Positions 7,902 to 14,282 of a DNA stretch of 32,000 nt are shown piece by piece. Source of the DNA: Candidatus Saccharimonas aalborgensis (lineage in GTDB: Bacteria > Patescibacteriota > Saccharimonadia > Saccharimonadales > Saccharimonadaceae). A program made the position numbers and the translations under genes. The stretch lies in contig NC_021219.1 in NCBI RefSeq assembly GCF_000392435.1, positions 480,001 to 512,000 on the forward strand, in the 5' to 3' direction. The notes under the pieces are model-generated. The model ran no database searches. It saw only the letters and a program-made list of their open reading frames with translations, and had not been told where the DNA came from. Position 1 is the first letter of the stretch; each line of letters starts with the position of its first letter.

Positions 7902-8522
7902 TTCTGGAAAAATCCGTATTTGGTGGCTCCGTATTCCAATTGATATGGCGATTGATACCAACGTATTCTTTAGGGTAACCGCCGAACGGTTGAAAAGCTC
8001 CGGAAATGACGGGCCGAACGTGCCGTAAATTGATGCTGTTCCCCAACTGAATTGTGCGCCCTGCGCTTTCGCCCAATCCCACAACTTATGAACAACCTCA
8101 CTCTGCGCTTCGCTTACAAAGATATAGACTCTCACTCATCGAGCCTTGAGCGCATTAACAGCGAGCTTAAAGAGCTACTGGTAATGCGGACAAGGGGTCT
8201 AATCGATGACAATGAATATCTAGAGCAAAAAACGTTGCTCTTGGAAGAGTTAGAGTCTGGCAAATCGAAACTAGAGAGATTGAAGTCAAACCCGAGCAAG
8301 GGTGCAAAAGAGACAATCTCACTACTTAACTTCATCCGTAAGGCACAAGATAAATTCAATGGCGGTCAGATATCAGAGCGTAGAGAACTGATAACAATGT
8401 TCGGTCAGAAACTCGATTTATTGTATAAAGAGCTAACTTTCACCCCTGTTAATTGGTTAATCCCGATCAAAGAAAACTATTCTAACGCTAGAACGTCAAT
8501 TTCTTGCGTTAGAACCGCATAA
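7902..8522 (+). pseudogene. Decayed large serine recombinase: C-terminal portion only, with frameshifts and stops upstream
   Basis: 8130-8522 reads like the coiled-coil and tail of recombinase-family proteins: LERINSELKELLVMRTRGLIDDNEYLEQKTLLLEELESGKSKLERL...LLNFIRKAQDKF...RRELITMFGQKLDLLYKELTF. Weak recombinase-like snippets sit in two other frames and end in stops: FWKNPYLVAPYSN* (7902-7943) and FFRVTAERLKSSGNDGPNVP* (7966-8028). No N-terminal catalytic resolvase domain is visible anywhere upstream. Confidence 0.55.
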
Positions 8523-8540
8523 TTCTAAAGATTTACAGAT

Positions 8541-8573
8541 TGAAAATAAACAAAAAGTCTCCGAAGAGACTTT
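8541..8573 (-). terminator. Intrinsic terminator downstream of tRNA-Asn (the hairpin could also serve the plus strand)
   Basis: On the minus strand: AAAGTCTC-UUCG-GAGACUUU, an 8-bp stem (8554-8561 / 8566-8573) with a UUCG tetraloop, followed by TTGTTTATTTTC. Confidence 0.7.
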
Positions 8574-8583
8574 AAAATTCACT

Positions 8584-8658
8584 TGGCTCCGGCAGCTGGG
8601 CTCGAACCAGCGACCTAATCGTTAACAGCGACCCGCTCTACCACTGAGCTATGCCGGA
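8584..8658 (-). tRNA. tRNA-Asn (anticodon GTT), 75 nt with encoded CCA
   Basis: Hand-folded cloverleaf: acceptor TCCGGCA/TGCCGGA, D arm GCTC-AGTGGTA-GAGC, anticodon arm GGTCG-CTGTTAA-CGATT (two G-U pairs), variable loop AGGTC, T arm GCTGG-TTCGAGC-CCAGC, discriminator G, CCA. Confidence 0.9.
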
Positions 8659-8669
8659 ATACAAGTGCT

Positions 8670-8698
8670 ATTGTATAGCATCTCTCTATCTCTGTAAA
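8670..8698 (-). promoter_or_regulatory. Candidate promoter for tRNA-Asn
   Basis: On the minus strand: TTTACA (8698-8693), a 17-nt spacer, then TACAAT (8675-8670). The -10 element ends 11 nt upstream of the mature tRNA 5' end. Confidence 0.5.
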
Positions 8699-8700
8699 TA

Positions 8701-10422
8701 TCACTGTACGTGCAAAGCGTCGAGCTGTCGGGCAAGTTCCGCGATATTTGCCCACGACGAACCATCTGTCATGATCGCTAGTACATACGTGCCGCTCGGA
8801 CTATACACGATAGCAGCATCATGGAGTAAGCCGTCCATAAATCCGACTTTGTCGGCAACCGCGCCATTCACTCCCGAGGGAATCCCGCGCCGATACACAT
8901 TCGCTTTCATCGCGCCAATCAGGCGTTGTTGATTGATCGTCGAATAGTTTTGGCCAGTGGCAATCATACCCAGCATTAGCGAGAGGTCGTTTGCAGTCGT
9001 AAACGGACCGCCGGACTTCATAAAGGTCGAATTGCTGAGACCGACCGCATGAATATCGTTTGTAATCGTCGATAGACCAAGGGTTTTTAGAAACGCTTCT
9101 GCACACGCATTGTCGCTGAGACTAATCATCTTGTTGAAACAATCGGCATTGGTGGCCCAATCACGCTTACCTTCATCAATCTGCTTGAGCAACGTATAGG
9201 CGGCAAAAAGTTTGTAGGTGCTCGCCGTTACAAATTGCTTGTTGCCATTGTAATCGGCCCGCCGACCCTTGCCCCCCAGTTCGATCATCGAAATACCGTA
9301 CACTCCTGAGTGATCGTGAGCATAATTTGCCATCAAGGCCGACATACCGGTGTCACTCGGACTATAGGTGCGTGTATATTGCTCGCTGGGCGGGATAGCT
9401 TTTACCCGCGCAGTTGCTTGCTCCCCCGTACCCGAAACGACACCCTGGATAGTAGCAATCGTGGCTGGTGTGTCAAGCGCTTGGCCGCTGGCGCCATTGA
9501 CACGCGATATCTCGGTGAAATCTCTTGTGGTAATACGCGAGACACCAGCTTGGACTGCAACTTTTGACGCCACGTTCTTTTGTAACCAATCTCCTGCTCT
9601 ATCGCCGTTTACTACTGCTACCAGGTTGCCGTCTTTTTGCGAGAAATCGAGCCACGAAAATAGCTCCTGCGCCCCAATGCTAATGGAGCTACCCCCTACT
9701 AGCATGCTTATTCCAGCACCGATCCGCGTATTGAGTTCATCGGCGGCCCGCTGCGCGAGGGTATCTGTAATCACCGGTGCGGTTTCTTTCATCGCCACCC
9801 TGACTGATGATGGTGTTGTCAGCACGGGCTTGAGTTTTTTGATCGTTGAGAGTACTTCATCTTGCTCGCATTGACCGCCGGTCTTTGACGGCACAAGCTC
9901 GAGTCGAGCGCCATTTGCCTTGAGGGTAGCGTCGACAGGATTTGTTTGACACTCCGGCATGATATGAGCGTTTATGTAGTCATCATAATTATCACCGACA
10001 GTCGCATCGGGAACGACCGTCGACTTCTTTGCTGCCCACCACAGCGACGTCGGGACGAGTCGTAAGTACCACGGATAATCAAGCTGGCTAATGCGGTCGG
10101 TGTTATCTACCTTGATATCCAACTCAGACAAAGTAGGCGATACGACTGATGCTTCACGGTTTCCCATATAAATGCTGACGTGATGTTTGCTGTAGGCATC
10201 ATTGAGCGTTGCTATCGCGTCGCTCTTTTTTTGACCGCCAAGATTCACGCCATCTATCGTTACAAAAGGAAGCAGCCTATCTGAGGGATAGAGAAACTGC
10301 ATCACCAACAGAGCGATGACGAGACCTGCCCCTCCGATAAGTGCGATGCGCTTCCACGAATATTGCTTTAGTCGCATCCAGAAACGCACTACTACTGCGC
10401 GAACACGTTGCATAACTTTCAT
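8701..10422 (-). CDS. Membrane-anchored serine hydrolase: a large exported N-terminal region plus a C-terminal class-A beta-lactamase/PBP-like domain
   Basis: N-terminal TM helix (IALIGGAGLVIALLVMQFLY). The C-terminal domain carries SxxK (ASTYK), SDN (SLSDNAC) and a KxG-like triad (ADKVG), in the order expected for the class-A beta-lactamase fold. Confidence 0.75.
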   Translation of the reverse strand: MKVMQRVRAVVVRFWMRLKQYSWKRIALIGGAGLVIALLVMQFLYPSDRLLPFVTIDGVNLGGQKKSDAIATLNDAYSKHHVSIYMGNREASVVSPTLSELDIKVDNTDRISQLDYPWYLRLVPTSLWWAAKKSTVVPDATVGDNYDDYINAHIMPECQTNPVDATLKANGARLELVPSKTGGQCEQDEVLSTIKKLKPVLTTPSSVRVAMKETAPVITDTLAQRAADELNTRIGAGISMLVGGSSISIGAQELFSWLDFSQKDGNLVAVVNGDRAGDWLQKNVASKVAVQAGVSRITTRDFTEISRVNGASGQALDTPATIATIQGVVSGTGEQATARVKAIPPSEQYTRTYSPSDTGMSALMANYAHDHSGVYGISMIELGGKGRRADYNGNKQFVTASTYKLFAAYTLLKQIDEGKRDWATNADCFNKMISLSDNACAEAFLKTLGLSTITNDIHAVGLSNSTFMKSGGPFTTANDLSLMLGMIATGQNYSTINQQRLIGAMKANVYRRGIPSGVNGAVADKVGFMDGLLHDAAIVYSPSGTYVLAIMTDGSSWANIAELARQLDALHVQ

Positions 10423-10439
10423 TATATACTGCTTTTGTT

Positions 10440-10823
10440 TTAAGCGAGTTTATCCTCGGGAATATCATACCCAAGAATCTTGAGTGACTCGAGTAGCGTA
10501 GCGATCTCTTTTGCAGACTGCTCGTTGCCCTGACCGCGTAATGCTTCGATTTTCGTGCGTATTTCCTGCTCAGCGGTCTTTGGATGATTTTGTGCAACAT
10601 GAGTACCGATACTACTAACGACTTCAAGTGTACGAGCACTGCTATCTTTTTTTATTAACCAACCACGTGCGATAAGTCCATCAATATGCGTTGCCACAGT
10701 GCTCACTGATTTGTAGTCGAGCGCTCGCATAATTTCTCGATAGCTCGGACCATACCCGTTACCTTTTATGAATCCGTCGATAAAACTAAGCAGTTCGCGT
10801 TGCTTTTTTGTTGGTCGTTCCAT
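10440..10823 (-). CDS. LexA-like winged-helix regulator: LexA N-terminal DNA-binding domain only, with no S24 peptidase domain
   Basis: The N-terminus, KKQRELLSFIDGFIKGNGYGPSYREIMRALDYKSVSTVATHIDGLIARGWLIKK...RTLEV, parallels the LexA DNA-binding domain. The protein ends at 127 aa in a charged helical tail with no Ser/Lys peptidase region. An AAGGAG SD lies 7 nt upstream of the ATG. Confidence 0.75.
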   Translation of the reverse strand: MERPTKKQRELLSFIDGFIKGNGYGPSYREIMRALDYKSVSTVATHIDGLIARGWLIKKDSSARTLEVVSSIGTHVAQNHPKTAEQEIRTKIEALRGQGNEQSAKEIATLLESLKILGYDIPEDKLA

Positions 10824-12108
10824 GTGTTTCTCCTTTTGCTAGTACCACCGCTGCCATACCCCACCAAATGATCGATACCGTATCGTCTACCCATACGGGC
10901 AACAATAATCCAACCACGCTCAGTCCGATGCCGCTGCCAAAAAGAGTGAGCGCCAGCCAGTCTGCCCTCCGTGCCCATAGACGCCGCAGTGTAACAATCA
11001 TTATGGAGATAAAGAGACCAAGTCCCAGCCAACCGACTTCGTGAGCGACGAATAAATAGTGGTTTTCGATAATCAATGGCTCACCGCCCATCAACGATGC
11101 CGATCCCGTGCTGCCTACTCCGCTACCAAGTGGTTGCGCTAGCATGCGATTAAGTCCATCACCCAGCGAGGCAGCATGCGCGGTATTTGAATCAACTGCG
11201 GCACCCGTTGTTGGGCTGTCATGCAAAATCACTGTCCTAAAAAATGAGCTGTCTTTCAATAGTAGACTCCCTACGACTAAGAGTGCGGTGACTACTGCTA
11301 GAACAGACCATTTTTTGGCATCAAGATGTTTGCCATAGCGAGCGCCCACCACTGTGAGTATCCCCACCGCAGCACCGATCCAGGCACTTCTCGAGTAACT
11401 TACCCAGAGCGCTATGATGCTACCAACTGCCAAAAATGCATGCAGCCACCGCATACGTTGATCACGCACCGTCCGACCATATTTCATACCGAATGCGACC
11501 ACCCCCACAAGTACAATCAAGGCATAGGCACCGAGCGGGTTGGGGCCCCTCAGGGTACTATTGAAGCGCACGAAATCAGGATTTTTATCGACCGTTATAT
11601 ATGGCTCGATCGTGGCCGAGCTATAGCCAAGATACTTGAGGGCATCGTGCGGTAATACGAGTTGGAGGCAAGTAAACCCTAGTACGACCAAGGCACCTGC
11701 TATGCCAATGGTTATAAACTGCTGCTTATACCGCGGATAGAGTGTGAGAAAGACATAGACAAGGCAAAAATAAAGGAGATATCTGAGATCGATGGAGAGT
11801 CCTGCCACAAGCGACTGCCAGGTGACTGGTTTCAGTAAGGCAACACCACCATGAAGTACAGCAAATGCCAGCATGAGCCGTATCAAGTTGTCCTTTAGCA
11901 GTGTCCGCCACTGGCCTCGCTGTGTCACCGCGACAGCGAGTAGCACGAGAGCAATTATCATCAGTAGTTCTTTCCACGCCTTGATACCAAGTGCCAATGA
12001 CGGCCAATGACTGCCGACAGCTACAATAAGTGGCGCATGCAAAACGATGAGTCCAAAAATAATCAGGAGGAGCCAAGACGGTAGATATTCGAGCAGCACG
12101 CGCTTCAT
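10786..12108 (-). CDS. O-antigen ligase/polymerase-family (Wzy_C) polytopic membrane protein
   Basis: About 10-12 hydrophobic helices. Family-typical motifs are WVSYSRSAWIGAAVGIL and IIENHYLFVAHEVGWLGLGLF. The 3' end overlaps the next gene's start by 38 nt. Confidence 0.8.
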   Translation of the reverse strand: MKRVLLEYLPSWLLLIIFGLIVLHAPLIVAVGSHWPSLALGIKAWKELLMIIALVLLAVAVTQRGQWRTLLKDNLIRLMLAFAVLHGGVALLKPVTWQSLVAGLSIDLRYLLYFCLVYVFLTLYPRYKQQFITIGIAGALVVLGFTCLQLVLPHDALKYLGYSSATIEPYITVDKNPDFVRFNSTLRGPNPLGAYALIVLVGVVAFGMKYGRTVRDQRMRWLHAFLAVGSIIALWVSYSRSAWIGAAVGILTVVGARYGKHLDAKKWSVLAVVTALLVVGSLLLKDSSFFRTVILHDSPTTGAAVDSNTAHAASLGDGLNRMLAQPLGSGVGSTGSASLMGGEPLIIENHYLFVAHEVGWLGLGLFISIMIVTLRRLWARRADWLALTLFGSGIGLSVVGLLLPVWVDDTVSIIWWGMAAVVLAKGETHGTTNKKATRTA

Positions 12109-12114
12109 TATCCT

Positions 12115-12120
12115 ATTGTA
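12115..12120 (-). promoter_or_regulatory. -10-like hexamer TACAAT, 6 nt upstream of the ATG at 12108 (leaderless-type arrangement)
   Basis: The minus strand reads TACAAT-AGGATA-ATG. There is no SD in the gap. Confidence 0.4.
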
Positions 12121-12128
12121 CCGAAAAA

Positions 12129-12137
12129 TGGTATACT
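12129..12137 (+). promoter_or_regulatory. Extended -10-like element TGgTATACT upstream of the phosphotransferase gene
   Basis: TGG-TATACT at 12129-12137, with the ATG at 12149 (11 nt downstream) and no SD. Confidence 0.35.
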
Positions 12138-12148
12138 ATCGCTACATT

Positions 12149-13585
12149 ATGCCATCAAAAAACACCAAATTGTATAGCCTCATCCTCATCGCTGCCGATC
12201 TCGCTGTCCTGGCGATCGTTTTCTTCATTGCGTATTATGTTCGCACACAGATAGATCATCGCGACTTGCTCCATACCGTTTATTGGCGTGATTACGTTGT
12301 GGGATTCGCTTGTATTGCACCGATTTGGGTACTTACCTACGCCTCGATGGGCCTCTATAGCGCCAATATCTACAATCGCCGACTCGTTGAATGGGGTAGG
12401 GTGCTGCTTGGCACATTGATGGGAATCCTTCTCGTTATCGGATGGGAATACGCAACACGCATGTACATATTTCCTGCGCGTCTCGTGGCTCTCTATGTCT
12501 TTGTCGGCTCGGTACTCTCTGTCATCGTGATTCGCGAGCTATTGCGCATCATTCGTAGCCTCCTCTATCGCTACGGCAAGGGAATTAGCCGAGTGCTCAT
12601 CGTCGGCAACTCCAGCGCAACAAAAGATATTGCCGAAGCATTGTCTTCTACCCAGAAGTCCGGCTATCGAATTGTTGCACTAGCTGGTCCGAAACACTGT
12701 GTTCCCGTCGGCCTCGATATCAAGCATTTCTCATCTACCGATAGCGCGCTCAAGCAAATCCACACCCTCGGCATTACGACAATCATCCAGACCGACCTTT
12801 ACGATAGTGAGGAACGCAATCAACGCATCCTTGGTGCTGCCCAGATCAACCACATTCAGTACAATTTCATTCCGGGTGAGGCTGAGTTTTATACCGGTAA
12901 AAATACGGTTGATGTCTTTCTCGGCTATCCCATGATCACAGTGAGCCAAACGCCACTTGTAGGATGGGGCGCCATCGCAAAGCGCATCTTTGATCTCCTC
13001 GCTTCACTAGTTATGTTGATAATTATCCTGCCTATCCTCGCGGTGCTGTCGCTCTTACAGATACTATTCAACCCCGGCCCGGTATTCTATATCAGCAAGC
13101 GTCTTAGCCAATTTAGTAAACCTATTTTGCTACTCAAGTTTCGCACCATGCGACCCGAGTACGGCAAAAAGGATGCAAGTCTCGAGTTCGAAGATATGGG
13201 ACGACACGACCTCGCCGAGGAATATCGAAAAAATCGCAAAGTGAAGGACGATCCGCGCGTCACTCCATTTGGACGGTTCCTTCGTAGTACCTCGCTCGAT
13301 GAGCTACCTCAGATATTTAATGTCATCCGAGGTGATCTTAGCCTCGTCGGGCCTCGCCCTATCTTGCCACAGGAGGTGAAGTTTAGTTCGAGCCGCGCCG
13401 CGCTCCTCCATAGTGTCAAAAGTGGCGTTACGGGTCTGTGGCAAGTCAGCGGGCGGAGCGAACTAAGCTTCGATGAGCGCATCGAGCTTGAACTTTACTA
13501 CGCCCAGAACTGGAGCTTCTGGCTCGATCTCCGTATCCTGTTCAAGACTATCGGTGTGGTGCTACGCAAAACCGGAGCACGATAG
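12149..13585 (+). CDS. Polyprenyl-phosphate sugar phosphotransferase (WbaP/exopolysaccharide initiating-enzyme family, Bac_transf)
   Basis: N-terminal TM helices and a central Rossmann-like region (RVLIVGNSSATKDIAEAL). The C-terminal catalytic domain reads KRIFDLLASLVMLIIILPILAV...NPGPVFY...KFRTM...DDPRVTPFGRFLRSTSLDELPQIFNVIRGDLSLVGPRP...YYAQNWSFWLDLRILFKTI. The start at 12149 (or 12128) is preferred because the tracked start at 12047 overlaps the divergent gene. Confidence 0.9.
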   Translation: MPSKNTKLYSLILIAADLAVLAIVFFIAYYVRTQIDHRDLLHTVYWRDYVVGFACIAPIWVLTYASMGLYSANIYNRRLVEWGRVLLGTLMGILLVIGWEYATRMYIFPARLVALYVFVGSVLSVIVIRELLRIIRSLLYRYGKGISRVLIVGNSSATKDIAEALSSTQKSGYRIVALAGPKHCVPVGLDIKHFSSTDSALKQIHTLGITTIIQTDLYDSEERNQRILGAAQINHIQYNFIPGEAEFYTGKNTVDVFLGYPMITVSQTPLVGWGAIAKRIFDLLASLVMLIIILPILAVLSLLQILFNPGPVFYISKRLSQFSKPILLLKFRTMRPEYGKKDASLEFEDMGRHDLAEEYRKNRKVKDDPRVTPFGRFLRSTSLDELPQIFNVIRGDLSLVGPRPILPQEVKFSSSRAALLHSVKSGVTGLWQVSGRSELSFDERIELELYYAQNWSFWLDLRILFKTIGVVLRKTGAR

Positions 13586-13594
13586 GTAATAGAG

Positions 13595-13903
13595 CTAGCC
13601 AAAAAACCAAGCGTTTACGTATGATAGGAGCCCGATTCCCATACACACCAGCAGGCAAAATATATATAGGACTCTTTTTGTCACATGTTTTGCCATCAGT
13701 GCAAAATATATCATAGCGATTCCAAATACGATACTAGTTAGTAATATCGACTGAAACCAGGCATGAAGCGTCTTTTCATCGCTTTCAATACGACCGACTT
13801 TTAACTCGGCGACAATCATCACAATGCTCAACAAAACAACTGGTACATATCCAAATTTCAAGAGAGCTGGTTTTAACCGATTGCTATTATTATTTCTACC
13901 CAC
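13595..13903 (-). CDS. Small 3-TM membrane protein (cassette A downstream of the SGNH hydrolase)
   Basis: Three hydrophobic helices. The GTG at 13903 lies 8 nt after an AGGAGG SD inside the 39-bp element shared with cassette B. An in-frame ATG at 13939 (114 aa) is the alternative start but has no SD. Confidence 0.6.
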   Translation of the reverse strand: MGRNNNSNRLKPALLKFGYVPVVLLSIVMIVAELKVGRIESDEKTLHAWFQSILLTSIVFGIAMIYFALMAKHVTKRVLYIFCLLVCMGIGLLSYVNAWFFG

Positions 13904-13935
13904 ACCCCACTCCTCCTGGAATATCTTTCCATTTT
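13897..13935 (-). repeat. 39-bp junction element, copy A
   Basis: tacccacaccccactcctcctggaatatctttccatttt is identical to 14276-14314. On the minus strand it carries a TGGAA-AGATA-TTCCA hairpin, an AGGAGG SD, a GTG start, and relic codons KWKDIPGGVGCG* of the hydrolase 3' end. Confidence 0.95.
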
Positions 13936-13985
13936 CCATTAGTACTAGTTGTCTTGTTAGCTATATAGCTTAGGCTTCTCGTTTG

Positions 13986-14282
13986 TTAAAAAGTAATACG
14001 AATGCTCATAGAGATGAGAGTATAGATGAACAGTCCTAGCGCTACAAGTAAACTTATTGTTGTCAGTACGATTGCTCTTTTCTTTACCAATAGGAAAATA
14101 CTGGTAATACCGCTTACAAATAGTACCACAAGGGTAAAGTTGTTTAAATGGCTCTGATCGACCCCAGATCGTGCACCCATATAATCGTTGACAAAAAATA
14201 CAACTATTGAAACTAATAGGCTTATCATTGCTATAGCATTAACTTGTGTTATCGATGAAGCTTTATTTTTTTCCTTACCCAC
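13986..14282 (-). CDS. Small 3-TM membrane protein (cassette B, immediately downstream of the SGNH hydrolase)
   Basis: The GTG start at 14282 overlaps the hydrolase stop codon (14275-14277) by 8 nt, with an AGGAGG SD 8 nt upstream. Three hydrophobic helices. Confidence 0.65.
   Translation of the reverse strand: MGKEKNKASSITQVNAIAMISLLVSIVVFFVNDYMGARSGVDQSHLNNFTLVVLFVSGITSIFLLVKKRAIVLTTISLLVALGLFIYTLISMSIRITF

Noticed and set aside
7924-7931. tggctccg, which matches the first 8 nt of the tRNA-Asn 3' end (8584-8591), as a possible att direct repeat
   Set aside because: It is only 8 nt with mismatches on both sides, and roughly one such match is expected by chance in 2 x 32 kb. It is not evidence for an island boundary.
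7809-8135. 108-aa minus-strand ORF
   Set aside because: It lies antisense to the recombinase-relic region, has no SD or recognisable motif, and overlaps the frame fragments that look recombinase-derived.
12047-12148. Upstream extension of the phosphotransferase ORF (tracked start at 12047)
   Set aside because: It would overlap the divergent Wzy_C gene by 62 nt and encode a basic, non-conserved-looking leader. The ATG at 12149 (or 12128) just before the first TM helix is more plausible.
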